A stretch of 64,000 nucleotides of DNA from Octopus bimaculoides (taxonomy: Eukaryota). The notes beneath the pieces are model-generated. The model did not search any database and had not been told where the DNA came from. It saw only the letters and a list, made by a program, of their open reading frames with translations. Shown one piece after another: positions 51,207-64,000 of the stretch. Each line of letters begins with the position of its first letter. The stretch's first letter is position 1. The position numbers and the translations under genes are program-made. Where the stretch lies: assembly GCF_001194135.2 (NCBI RefSeq), contig NC_068988.1, positions 19,609,013 through 19,673,012 of the forward strand, read 5' to 3'.

Positions 51207-52602
51207 AATATATATATATGTATATATATATTCTATTTGACAAGTTCAAGAAACGAACGAAAGCGCTAATAATAATGAAGAGATAAAAAGAATTTTTCTC
51301 ATAATTCTGGTGACCTTTTTACTCAATCAATATAACTATTGTAAATATAACGATAATAAATTAAAGTAATTTATTACCACCGGTTAGCATGCATAAATAA
51401 AAGTTATAAGACATATTTTAAAAATATGGAGTGTATAAAATATTTTTATACGGGTTTTAACTGTCCTTTCTAGCATTAATGAGTCCTGTGTCTCCTTTGT
51501 GTGGATAAAAACATAAATGTATGGGTATGTGCATGCTGAGTGAGTGAGTGTGTCTAGGTGTGTAGGTGAGTGTGTCTGTGTGTTTGTGTGTGTGTGTGTG
51601 AGTGTGTGTGTGTGTGTGAAACTTTCAGACAGCAATAGATTTCTTCTAAGTCTGCTTTCACCTCCCATTCTCATTCTATTGAAAGTTCAAAGCAGACACA
51701 TACACACGCATACACATTCGTGGGTTTGCGTATTGTGCGTGTTTTAAACAGAAAGAAAGAAAAAGATACAGAGAACAGAGAGACAGAGAGAGAGAGAGAG
51801 AATAAGAGAATTAAAGAATACATATTGTCGTCTACGCGATTCACAAGATTCTTCACTAAGTACAATACATATTTTAGCAGATTATATATCTACCATGAAG
51901 AGTTTTCCCCAATCACGCGTCATTTGCTCACTGAGTCTGACGTATCAAAAGCGAGTCTGTCATGGCGCCTATTAATATTCTCATATGGCACCCTTTAATG
52001 TGATGTAACATATTAAAGTAAATCAAAAATACAAAACTTTCAATAATTTCCCTTGGATTTCTGCTCGGAATGCTGAGTGTGTAATGTAAGCTATCATGTT
52101 AAATGGTCTAGTTATATCCTCGCATTAAAACACTCAAGCATTCAAATTTTAATTTCAATAAACACTTAAAATGTTATATATATTTGTTCTGATTTACTTT
52201 CTTTATTTCTCATCTTCCCCGTGCTCCTGCTTTCACTCTTTCTTCCTTCTCTTCGTCCCTGCCTCTCTTTCACTCCCTTCCTCACTCTATGTATTCTCTG
52301 TTCTATTCTAAAAAAAAAAAAATAGTCTTATCCAAGTGTTCCCCGATTTTATTGTCATTTCATATTTTTGTTGCTTAGGGAAGTGGAATGACTGATGGTA
52401 AATTATTGATTTTTGCAATAATTGTTTTCTTATATACGATGGTGTGTGAGATATTTAAAGGAAGTGATATTTGAAAAAGCGTTCTGAAGTTCTTTTAAGT
52501 TATTCCAAATGTTATTTAGCGGTGAAACTTATTTTGTATAGAAATTAGAGTGGATATATGGCGCTACTTACATTACGTTCGTTATTACAGTGGTCGTTGC
52601 CA

Positions 52603-52664
<62 letters not shown>

Positions 52665-52669
52665 ACCTC

Positions 52670-52885
52670 TCTCAGTTTGGCAGAAGAAAGAGCAGTAGTT
52701 TGGAGAAGAGGAACGATGACCATTACACCAATCTCAGTGCTCAACTTTTATTTAAATTATCGACAGCCAATAAGATGAAAGGAAAAGTCGAATATCGACA
52801 GTATTTGAACACAGTTCGTAAAAAGCCATGAGAAATAGCGGTAACCATTTTGTCCATCGAGCTGACGGTTCTAATAGCTCTTGCA
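52670..52885 (-). mobile_element. SINE family C, highly diverged
   Basis: Reverse complement gcaagagctattagaaccgtcagctcgatggacaaaatggttaccgctatttc...tcgacttttcctttcatc. Confidence 0.65.
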
Positions 52886-52932
52886 TCAATAATAATAATA
52901 ATAATGATAATAATAATAATAATAACAATGAT

Positions 52933-53232
52933 GATGATAGAGTATGTCAGTATTAACAATGGAAAATATGTAAACACTACAAAATCAGCACTCATGCTTA
53001 CTGGTATGAACATCATCCTAAGCCAGTCGTTGAATGTAAATATCACTATCCTCTGGGCTTTTCCAGTCAACACCGACAAAATGATCACGGCTAATCGATC
53101 AGACATAGTCATCAAAGACAGAGAAGAAAATACTCATTGAATAATAGATGTAAGTGTTCCCACGGATGAAAGCATATCTGTAAAGGAATGTGAGAAATTA
53201 AGAAAATATAAGGAACTGGAAATAGAAATACA
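52933..53232 (+). mobile_element. R4/Dong-like LINE fragment (RLE endonuclease region) following (TAA)n
   Basis: DRVCQY..WKICKHYKISTHAYWYEHHPKPVVE, ITILWAFPVNTDKMITANRSDIVIKDREENTHLIIDVSVPTDESISVKECEKLRKYKELEIEIQ; (TAA)n at 52887-52926. Confidence 0.88.
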
Positions 53233-53635
53233 AGTAAGCCAGAAATTAGGGATGCTGATTTCATAGAAATTCTCCGACAACCATTTTCGGAAATATGGTA
53301 AGGAGCCACATCTCGCTTTCACAAATATGGCCGTCCGTCAGCAACCGTCTTCAATGAGGTATTGATCACAGTAGCAACCAGCTTCACAGAGCCATCTGAA
53401 TTGAGACTGAGGCCTTGTTCAAAGATATGGGGGATGAAATTCGGCGTGCGAACGCGTTCTGAACGCTTGATGTATTCCTTCCTGCTGGTTACAGCTTCGT
53501 AGTCTGCATTGTAGCCGTCCATGTCACGTTTTACACACTTTACAGCGCAATGACAGTAGTCATTCATGCTGTCGCAATTTTGCACCTGAGCGTATCGCCT
53601 CTTTTCCAATATTCAGAGGGATTCCCATACTTCAT
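53233..53635 (-). pseudogene. Internally deleted DD37D (maT)-like transposase fragment
   Basis: ATG 53635 MKYGNPSEYWKR...DYEAVTSRKEYIKRSERVRTPNFI fused in frame to PHIFEQGLSLNSDGSVKLVATVINTSLKTVADGRPYL, then KWLSENFYEISIPNFW. Confidence 0.8.
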
Positions 53636-54099
53636 GACAGCAACCTTTTTTCTCAAGAACAACCTTAATCGTTATGATCTCCAACGCCGTCGACAATTCA
53701 CTAATACTGTTAATGAAAAAGAATGAAGAGACATAAATAATCATCACTTTGTATAAGCAATGAAGAAGGGATATGACCACCAACACCAAGCGGTTCTAAA
53801 GATTGCCAAATGACTACAAAAGCGAAGTAATATTTACAAGTCAGTAACATGAGAATAAAGCCTCAAAGAAGTGATTACTCATGCTTTCCACGAATCACAC
53901 ACTCTGATGATATAACGATTCTCTAAATTTGTAAGGTACTCTGTAGGTTCCATATCACTGAACAAGCAGGTTGCTTGCAAAGAATCTTACATTAGAAAAC
54001 ACCTTTCTGGATATCGTCAAAGCAAGATGCCGCAACGAAGATATAGCTGTGTTCTTGAACACCGACATGACATAAAAGAAAGCCCACTTCATATGATTT

Positions 54100-54222
54100 A
54101 TTAAATTAGTACAAGACTAGTATTTTGATGGTAGACAATTGTATCGAACAGAGTTATTGATTGGTAAGCATCAACCGAGGATGAAAGGCAAAATTGACTT
54201 CAACAAAATTTGGACTCAGGAA
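54100..54222 (-). mobile_element. SINE family C remnant
   Basis: aaccgaggatgaaaggcaaaattgacttcaacaaaatttggactcag. Confidence 0.6.
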
Positions 54223-55786
54223 TTTAAATGTTGATAATTAACACGCATACACACATTCTAATATATACTAACTCACACTCGTACGCACACGCACACTCGC
54301 ATGCACACACACACACTCGCACGGACACACAATCACGTGTGTAACTGCGACGTGTCTGTTCGTTCACGACGACCTTGGGCCTATGAATGCGCGTCTATAT
54401 AGGCGTATTTATGTCAACTTGCGTATACTTATTAAAATAATCTTTCTCTTATTCTTTCATTTTTGTCATTTATTTACGCGTAACTATATGTGTATATATA
54501 AAAGGTTAACGGTCTTAATTCCAAATATTTCGAATCTGGGAATCCAATAAGCAACCTTCTACAGGAAAATAACGACAAGCTGTATCATCGAACAAGCAAA
54601 ATTGATTTTATTGAGTGGAGTTCTTTTTGAAAAGTCACCTGACAATACACGTCTATACGTAGGGCTGCATCATACCCAGTTATATACTATATCATCCGCG
54701 AGGCAACGATGCAAGATGGGTCTATCTCTCTCATTTATTTATTGGGAGAAGGAGGCACAATACCGAAATGGATGGAGGAAGCGAGTGCACGGTGACTGTT
54801 CGAGTTTGAAAGACAGAGAATGAACCACGAGAAGATCAAGAGAAGGCTTAGAATGAATTAACCTGTGGAGAATGAGGGAGTGTTGCTTTTTTGTGCATGA
54901 TTTGAGAGAGGAAATGCTTGAGCCATGCACGCTTGATCAGCCACCAGAGTACTCAAGATTCAAGCTCTTCTAAATTGAAATACGGCTATTGCTCACAACA
55001 GAACATATGCTATCTGTGGAAAGGTATGCCTTTCAGTTGGGGAATTGAAAAAACATGTCAAAAGTCTTCATACTGTGGCACCTGTTCCGTTGTACCAGCC
55101 AGCACAGCTGTGCATTATGCAATAGAATGTGCAAATATTTTACCGGAATCAAGAGTCATACAAGGAGCTCACAATGCATCATCATTGACTCATTTCAAAG
55201 ATTCTTTCTTGCAATGGCTTTTCTCGTATACGAGAAAGCAGCCACTATATTTGTATATATTTATTCAATATTTATTCTGGTTTTGAAAAGAATGCCATGA
55301 CATTTAATTCCCCGTTTCTATTGCATATTGGTAGATAAAATGAATTATCGATAATATTTTGCACAACGCTTGAGTTCTGATAGTCTATTCCGAATGTCTG
55401 AAGGCTCAATACGTCTTTGCTAATTCCTCTTCATTCTTTATATAATATATATATAACTGTTTACTGCGGAATATGCAAATCATTTCGAATATCTATGATG
55501 TCATTTGGACGTTCTTGTAATTATTATAGAGTAAATTTTTGCGTCTGTTTATGTGTGTGATATACATGAAGTTCAATTTTCACGTTTGATTCTTTCATCC
55601 ACGAAGACAATAATAATAGCATCGATTCGCTTAATTAGTCCTGGTGGATAAAAGCCTGATATCTAATTAAAATGTAGTGCGTGCCGTTTGTATAAGTCTC
55701 TTTAAAAGATATAAGCACATAGAAACGTACATAACAAGATACGCTTATGCACATACACACATAGTCACTTATATACACATATCTGC

Positions 55787-55818
<32 letters not shown>

Positions 55819-55926
55819 GGAGAGAGAGAGAGGGAGAGAAAGAGAGAGAAAGAGTAAGATAAATCGAGATACATATACATGTGAATACATGTGTGCGTGT
55901 ATATATATATAGTCATATATACATAC

Positions 55927-55961
<35 letters not shown>

Positions 55962-56920
55962 TTACATAATTATACCTACATATTTATACGTATGTGTGTA
56001 TGCGTGAGTTTTTGTGCGTTTATTTGTAAATTTAAGTTCATTGAAACATAATCATCCACACTTATACAAAAAGGCATATACACTCGCTCACACAAACTCA
56101 CAAACACGTACACATACACACACGCAAGCACATATTCATGTCTATATGTGAAACATATCTCACCCGCTTGAATTTCCAAGCAACCATTTGCTCCATCTCT
56201 AATTGATATGCACAATGATGTATTAATGGACTGTTTGGTCAAGTTTAAACATAGATAGTTGTTTCGTCTGATTTAAATTCTTTTGAATATATATTATTGC
56301 TGTTCTGGTGCACTGATTGTAGATTTGCCACTTCAGAGATATTTGATTTCTCTGGTTTTATTTGGAGTGGTTTCTATTCTTGATTACGCACAATACCGCA
56401 GTTAAATACAGGAGGAAATTCGATTATGCAATCTATTGACTTTCTTGAGGTCATTAGCCGCGTCACTGAAGTCAATTAGTTTCAATCGAGAAATGAAACA
56501 GACTTAGAGACGCGGTTTACCAAGAGTTATATGTTTTGCTCTTAACCTTACTCAAAATAGTTATTTATTACTGGATCATAAAATTAGATGTTATACAAAG
56601 AATTGTGGCTTGCATGATAATTTGATTGTGGTTATCAACTATATTATGCAAATATGATATTTGTTTTCTTCTCTTTCATCATTTATATGGACTTATTTTA
56701 TTATAGTATATACTTCATCGATAATTGTTTGGTTTCAGCCTATGTCTATTCATTAGAGAAAAATATTGACTAGAGAACGAAGGTGACTCAGTTGTCCACC
56801 ATTGTATGATATTGCTTTAATGTTTGCTTCTTAAAAGTGCAACCTGTTAATGCTACCTTTTTGCACATCAGTCTTCGAATGATATAATTTTTCGTTTCTG
56901 TATTTCTGGACATTTATCAA

Positions 56921-57032
56921 TTTTTATCGCACAGTCAACCTAGGCGAATTTGGCAAAGAGCATAAAGACGTACGAAAATGCCGCTAAGCATTTCGTCACG
57001 CGTGGTAACATTTCCGCAATTTCTCCGCCTTA
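56921..57032 (-). mobile_element. SINE family C head remnant
   Basis: cagtcaacctaggcgaatttg...cgaaaatgccgctaagcatttcgtcacgcgtggtaacatttccgc. Confidence 0.65.
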
Positions 57033-57055
57033 ACAACAACGATATTAGTAGGATG

Positions 57056-57123
<68 letters not shown>
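57056..57123. repeat. (CTA)n microsatellite
   Basis: Direct reading. Confidence 0.95.
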
Positions 57124-57139
57124 AGGATGATGATGATGG

Positions 57140-57685
57140 TAATAAATTGACAGCCGAGAATTGGGTGTTATGAGAAGTGAAAGTCAAGAGACGAATCTCC
57201 CAAAGGGGACAGTGTATCCCCAATGATATCTGTCCTGGAAATGATCCCCTTGAGTGAAAGACTGGAAACTGAACTACTTGCTATTCATGGACGATTTGAA
57301 GTTGTTCACACACAGTGAGGCAGAATTAGACAGCCAAGTCAAATTGTGCGGATTCTGGAATGATATCATCATGGAGTTTCAAAACTCAAAATGTGATACG
57401 ATGGTGATGAGACATGGAGAGTTTGTCATGACAAAAGGCATATGTATGCCAAGTGATGAAATGATGAAGGCAATTGAATCCGAATCCTGTTATTAATACC
57501 GGGGAATACTTATGGCAGATGGAATTATAGTCAATGATATGAAAGAAATGACAAAGAAAGTGTACTTGGTGTGAGTGAAACAAATATTGGGTTCAAAGCT
57601 GAATGCCAGAAACTTAACCTTGGTAATAATATAGCGCGCAATCGCAGTAGTTCGGTATGGCGCTGGAATCCTGATGTGGGGTACA
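57140..57685 (+). mobile_element. R4/Dong-like reverse transcriptase fragment
   Basis: QGDSVSP-like motif (after a 1-nt correction), LNYLLFMDDLKLFTHSEAELDSQV, IMEFQNSKC, Y*YRGIL, KQILGSKLNARN, AVVRYGAGILMW. Confidence 0.88.
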
Positions 57686-58501
57686 TGATGACCTTGCTGA
57701 TTTTGCCAGAGGTCATTGAATGTTTCACAGCGAGGGCTTCTGATTTGAACAGCACCGAAATGGTGCCATATTTTTTGCCCCTCGCTATGTATTCAATGTC
57801 AGTTCTTATGCACCTCAGCGCCGCCTCAATATCAAAGCTGCTCTTTTTGTGTCTGCTGAGGTGCATCTGAAAAGCACCGTTATTCTCTCCACTTCTTCAA
57901 TCGCCTCTGATGGGGTTCTCAGATTTGTCCAATTGTTCTCTTGTTTAATTAGTTTCCATACCTCTGGGAGCAGCTGCTCCCCTTTTATTTGGAATTGGCT
58001 GCAGCTGCTACAAAACTATTTTTGATATTTGTATTTGTATTGTTTTCTTGTTGTTTTTGTTGTTGACAATGTTGTTGCTACTGCTACTGCCTTTGTTGTT
58101 GTTCTTATCGATGATGTTGGTATTGGTTTTGTTGTTGTTGCTGCCGTCACTTCTGCTCGTGTTGTTGTTGTTATTGTTTTTTTTCTATCGCTACTGCTAC
58201 CACTGTTGCTTTCTTTTTCGTGGTTGTTGATCTTCTCACTATTACTACTGCTGCGGCTGCTGCTGTTGTCATTTCCACTTCTCTTAGTGCTTCTGCTATC
58301 ATTGTTGTTATTGTTCGTTGTACTTTGTAGCATGACGTTCTTGTTCTTCTCCTCCTCCCTTTCCCCTGTATTGTTTCTCGTGACAGAGGGAAGGGGAGGG
58401 AAGTCTTCATCTGTTACCATATTGGCAGGAGGGTTTGTTTTGTTTTTCCTCAACTCTTTCAAGACGCGCTCCGCCATCTTGTTAGGTTGTATTGATTCCA
58501 T
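57686..58501 (-). mobile_element. Probable LINE ORF1 (gag-like) 5' fragment, clade uncertain (L1/Tx1-like?)
   Basis: MESIQPNKMAERVLKELRKNKTNPPANMVTDEDFPPLP, S/T/N low-complexity linker, then after frameshifts SFVAAAA and IEAALRCIRTDIEYIARGKKYGTISVLFKSEALAVKHS (RRM-like); abuts the RT fragment tail-to-tail. Confidence 0.45.
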
Positions 58502-58721
58502 TAAATTTTAACGCCCACTGAATTTATTTGGTAGGCCTAAAATCGTCCCCTGGGGGCTACACAGCCATAAAAAACCCAGTAATAGGTTCCTAGTGTTTCT
58601 ATTCACAACTTGGAATAAAATAATTATTGCAAAAAGACACCAAACCTGGTGTAAATAAATATTTTAAACTGAACTTACTTGAAGAGTTAGAAAACACGTT
58701 CGATGTGTTCCACAGCGAATT

Positions 58722-58738
58722 TAATAATAATAATAATA

Positions 58739-58796
<58 letters not shown>
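58722..58796. repeat. (TAA)n microsatellite
   Basis: Direct reading. Confidence 0.95.
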
Positions 58797-58797
<1 letters not shown>

Positions 58798-59306
58798 TGC
58801 AATTATTAGATATCAAATTAAATGTGACTTGGAAATGGTTCCGGCATCAAATAGAAGGGACCATTTCGGAATGAAGACGGAAGTATAAGTGTTCATATAC
58901 TGGAAAAAAACCCAGTTGTAAATGAAAATTTTAAGTGAAATGTCAATGTAACTTCAGATTTGTAAGAATTTTAAAGAAGGCGAAATTTTAAATATGAGTG
59001 AAATGAGGTATATATTTACCTGAATATGCGTGCAGGTGAGTTCGCGAGCGTGTGTATGTGAGTGTGCATCTGTGTGCGTATGCGTGCGTGAGGCCGTGAT
59101 AGTATGGGAGCAAGTGGGCTCCTGCATACCTTTGTTCATGAGCTCCTGTATTACTTACATACAAGCATACATACATATGTACATTCATGCATGTATATAC
59201 ATACACACACGCACACATATATGTTTATATGCATACTATATAAACATAGATATAATATATATACACAAATGTATATATACATTATATACACACACATATA
59301 TATGTA

Positions 59307-59337
<31 letters not shown>

Positions 59338-60190
59338 ACAAATATATACATATNNNNNNNNNNNNNNNNNNNNNNATATATATATATATATATATATATA
59401 AATATATATTTATATACATAATATGTATATGTGTGCGTATATATGCATACGCACACACACATATATATGCATATTTATATATACACACACATATACGCAA
59501 CCACGTACACACATATTTTACTGAGTCCATTTTGCAGCTGATTCAAGTTGCAAATTCATACAAATGAAAATTGTTACGTAAAATAAAAATGATTTTCTTT
59601 GAATTCATTTCTGCAATATTCTCGATTCTGTTAAGTCTTTAAACAGTCGGATCCAAGATGGCCTACTTACATTATACACCACCATCAACACACCTTAACT
59701 CGCTTTATGCGTGCTGCTAGAACCATCACGTGACTTCAAAAGTAAAATTCTGTTGCTCTCTTCTCTGTCTTTGCACTTGCATATTCCTTTATTTAGCGAC
59801 ATACAAGATCACGAATTTAGCCGTTTATGGGAATATGTGCTATAAATAAGCTGTAAAAATTTAAAATACTTTTCTATGGAAGATGAATGTACGATTCAGG
59901 TATGTTACTGTACATGTTCAATACACTCCACCTACATATATGGGGATATACACACAGGCGTAAAACATGCGTACACTACTATATAGCTAAATATGTTAAA
60001 TACACACACACATAAATATATATATATATATTTTACAATATAAACTGTGTAATGGAATACGATCTGCTTCGTGTAGAGGAATAGTTTTCTGTGGTTTATA
60101 TATATAATATATATATAGTTAATCTCCAAAATACTAAGAAAGAATGAAGAAGAAAAAGACAACAACGTGAGGACGTAGTGCATGCAAAGG

Positions 60191-60224
<34 letters not shown>

Positions 60225-60836
60225 ATATATANNNNNNNNNNNNNNNNNNNNNNNNNNNNNNNNNNNNNNNNNNNNNNNNNNNNNNNNNNNNNNNNNNNNN
60301 NNNNNNNNNNNNNNNNNNNNNNNNNNNNNNNNNNNNNNNNNNNNNNNNNNNNNNNNNNNNNNNNNNNNNNNNNNNNNNNNNNNNNNNNNNNNNNNNNNNN
60401 NNNNNNNNNNNNNNNNNNNNNNNNNNNNNNNNNNNNNNNNNNNNNNNNNNNNNNNNNNNNNNNNNNNNNNNNNNNNNNNNNNNNNNNNNNNNNNNNNNNN
60501 NNNNNNNNNNNNNNNNNNNNNNNNNNNNNNNNNNNNNNNNNNNNNNNNNNNNNNNNNNNNNNNNNNNNNNNNNNNNNNNNNNNNNNNNNNNNNNNNNNNN
60601 NNNNNNNNNNNNNNNNNNNNNNNNNNNNNNNNNNNNNNNNNNNNNNNNNNNNNNNNNNNNNNNNNNNNNNNNNNNNNNNNNNNNNNNNNNNNNNNNNNNN
60701 NNNNNNNNNNNNNNNNNNNNNNNNNNNNNNNNNNNNNNNNNNNNNNNNNNNNNNNNNNNNNNNNNNNNNNNNNNNNNNNNNNNNNNNNNNNNNNNNNNNN
60801 NNNNNNNNNNNNNNNNNNNNNNNNNNNNNNNNNNNN

Positions 60837-60867
<31 letters not shown>

Positions 60868-61278
60868 ATATATATATATATCTTTACTCGTTTATCTACT
60901 TATACATATACTACTAATTATATGTACTCTAACTTTCTTAATCTTCAGTTTATTTGTATTTGTAATGTTCTATTATATCTTTTATTTCCTGCTGCTTCCT
61001 ACAGTTACTCCGACTTCTAATCATCATCAGCGGCAGTAGTAGCCCCGTCGCAGCCCATTGTTATATAATATTCGTGATCAGATTCTATACTCTGCTTTTT
61101 GAAACAAGTTCTTACTTAAGGCCACTAATTTACTTTTCCGTTTCTTCAGGCGTAACATGTTCTCGAACGAAACCTAACTATTTTAGTTGAAATCATCCTT
61201 GTAATAAAATATATTCAGTTTCATTATATATAATTTGTGTACTCTATTTTCTAAGTAGTTTATCAACGCTCAGCTGCG

Positions 61279-61279
<1 letters not shown>

Positions 61280-61312
<33 letters not shown>

Positions 61313-61316
61313 TCTT

Positions 61317-61356
<40 letters not shown>
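61280..61356. repeat. (TCTG)n(TCTA)n microsatellite
   Basis: Direct reading. Confidence 0.9.
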
Positions 61357-62665
61357 NNNNNNNNNNGTATATGTGTTTTTATGTATGTATATATATGTCT
61401 GTGTGTGTTTGTAGTTGACTGAAATCATCTCGTACACCAACGTCGGTGGAAATGCTTGCTGCGTCATTTTAGTCATTGGACTACGTCACCAACAAATATC
61501 TGCAGCCAATCGCTTGCTAGGAGTAGTTTAAAAAAAAAACCCTCACTATTGATTTGGAAAAACAGTGATTGAATAATCACTGCTGTTGTAATTAGCAAAC
61601 CGGCTAAATAAAATCGGGAATGTGAAATAAGCAATATTAGATTTAACGTTGTGTGCGCATAGATACAAACTTTAGAGACAGTTCACTTATCTCTTTTGTA
61701 CTCGTAGATGTTTTCTATAATTTCTCATCGAATTTTAGAAAAAATAAGAGCGATCTTCGAAGCTATTAGTGAATATGTGACTGTTGGTGAATAAGGCAAC
61801 GTTTTCCTTGTGATTCTTCAAAATGAAACATAATAGAGAGATGCGAATGCTCATAGTTGCCGGATAATCATTCAGACTTATCTATCACTAAAATGAAAAT
61901 AGAATATTATATATTAAAATCATGATCTCCACTGTGATAAAGAATACTAAAAAGGTACTGGAAATGTTTGGAATCAACACCATTAAAATGAAGAGGCAAA
62001 TATCTGAGTAACTAATTATGTTCTATTTGGTTAGAAATTTCCTTGGTATTATACTTTTCTACTCTAGGCACAAAGCCCGAATTTTTTGGGGTTTTTTTTG
62101 GGGGGGGGGGNNNNNNNNNNNNNNNNNNNNNNNNNNNNNNNNNNNNNNNNNNNNNNNNNNNNNNNNNNNNNNNNNNNNNNNNNNNNNNNNNNNNNNNNNN
62201 NNNNNNNNNNNNNNNNNNNNNNNNNNNNNNNNNNNNNNNNNNNNNNNNNNNNNNNNNNNNNNNNNNNNNNNNNNNNNNNNNNNNNNNNNNNNNNNNNNNN
62301 NNNNNNNNNNNNNNNNNNNNNNNNNNNNNNNNNNNNNNNNNNNNNNNNNNNNNNNNNNNNNNNNNNNNNNNNNNNNNNNNNNNNNNNNNNNNNNNNNNNN
62401 NNNNNNNNNNNNNNNNNNNNNNNNNNNNNNNNNNNNNNNNNNNNNNNNNNNNNNNNNNNNNNNNNNNNNNNNNNNNNNNNNNNNNNNNNNNNNNNNNNNN
62501 NNNNNNNNNNNNNNNNNNNNNNNNNNNNNNNNNNNNNNNNNNNNNNNNNNNNNNNNNNNNNNNNNNNTAATTTTAATATAAATTAACCATAATGGTATGT
62601 TTAGATAAATCATTAAATAATGACTTTATCCTATGTATGTATGTATGTATGTATGCATGTGTGAT

Positions 62666-62748
<83 letters not shown>

Positions 62749-63959
62749 AGCGTCTTCCATTCTCTAATTGAGAAGTCAGATTACATTTTCAGTGTAAATG
62801 TTCGAATTTGTAATCCTATTAATGTTTACTTTTTTTCTGTTTTGAGTGCAAATCATTGCCACTGGCTGTGTTGTGAATTGTGGCTGAATCAGGGAATAAT
62901 GCCTTGCAGAATTTCAATACATCGCTTTATGTCCTGAAACGTTAATTCTACTTTTCATGCTTTTTCAGTGAATAAAATAAACTACCAATGAAGCATGAAA
63001 GTCATTGGAATAGATCCCACATCTGACCTGAATGTCTTGTCTTAGTAGAATTTCCGCTGTATTCAACAAAAATCTTACTCATACTTCTTCCAGAGAGTCT
63101 CAATATCCAATACTTTCGGTACTGATATCCATCAACTAAAACATGCAACAAAAACCTGGAGCGCATTTAATCGATTATACTTCTCATTCCATGATTCTAC
63201 CTTGCTAATCATTATTTAATTATGAATTTTGTTATGCTGGGTTCAAATCATACCGAAGTCTTTCATCATTGCATGTTCGGTATAAAATAACCATATAAGT
63301 CCTCGGGCAACGTACTTAATACCTGTTATCTTTTCTAGATCGTGTGACATTTGTCTCCGTTAGAAAACATCAGACTGCTGATGGAAGCTGATATTTGGCT
63401 GTTCTTGTTGTTGTTTGACTTTCTCTTGTTAATGCATCGACCAGTCTAGACGTCACGCTCATAAAATCTATGAATATTATTGTGTCGTAAACATGTCTTA
63501 CCAAAACTTTCTCTATAGAGCTGTTTACATTGTCAAGCTTGCTGGCTGTTATTATTTTTTCCTCGGGTTGTTATTTGTTTTGATATTGTCAATTTTGATT
63601 TTGATTTTGGTTTTCTTTCGTTATTTTTGTTCTTCAGGTTGCCTTTCGTTATTTTGCTGTTGTTTTGAAGAGTAATAAATATATTGACATGAACCTCAAT
63701 AAAACTTAAACTTTTTACGTTAAAAATAAAACGAAAAAATGATGAAGTATAAACTCTGGAATAGACTGACGAAATGTCTGTCATGTTTGCTTCTTTCCCT
63801 CTATTTTTATACATACACAAAAGTAACGCATAGACACAGTAATTTCATTCATTCATACAGGAGTACACACAGCTATGTATATGTGTGTGTGAGTGTATAT
63901 ATGTGCGTGCGTGGGTGTGTGCGTGCGTGAGTGTGTGTGCATGTATTTTTTACATCTAC

Positions 63960-64000
<41 letters not shown>

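Noticed and set aside
51905-51961. CCAAT/ACGCGT/TGACGT motifs and an 11-mer (AAAGCGAGTCT) shared with 50838
   Set aside because: Short motifs and single 11-mer matches are expected by chance in 64 kb.
54600-55300. GC-richer unique segment with overlapping 63-122 aa ORFs
   Set aside because: No recognisable motif and no consistent splice pair; may be an old TE but I cannot support a call.
58832-58867. 11-bp hairpin GAAATGGTTCC/GGGACCATTTC
   Set aside because: Too short for a pre-miRNA and has no supporting context.

Overview
AT-rich, repeat-dense eukaryotic genomic DNA from a gapped draft assembly (about 15 N-runs, most flanked by microsatellites). The SINE families resemble repeats I recall from Octopus, so a coleoid cephalopod is my inference, not a database result. 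I recognise no intact protein-coding host gene; the long ORFs in the track mostly come from microsatellites or N-gaps. The window holds many tRNA-derived SINEs in three families (labelled A, B/B' and C here, with nested insertions and one tandem array) and decayed DNA transposons: two internally deleted mariners, a mariner MITE, two DD37D/maT-like fragments, a rosa-like fragment, a hAT MITE and a near-full-length Chapaev3-like transposase pseudogene. It also holds three R4/Dong-like LINE fragments next to trinucleotide arrays, a probable LINE ORF1 fragment, and short Penelope-like elements carrying minimal hammerhead-ribozyme motifs. The most interesting items are the hammerhead motifs (one makes a testable prediction about sequence hidden in a gap), a SINE multimer with palindromic junctions, modular SINE architecture, similar internal deletions in three Tc1/mariner elements, and two perfect microsatellite palindromes. 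Family assignments come from recalled motifs and need Dfam/Repbase/Rfam confirmation.
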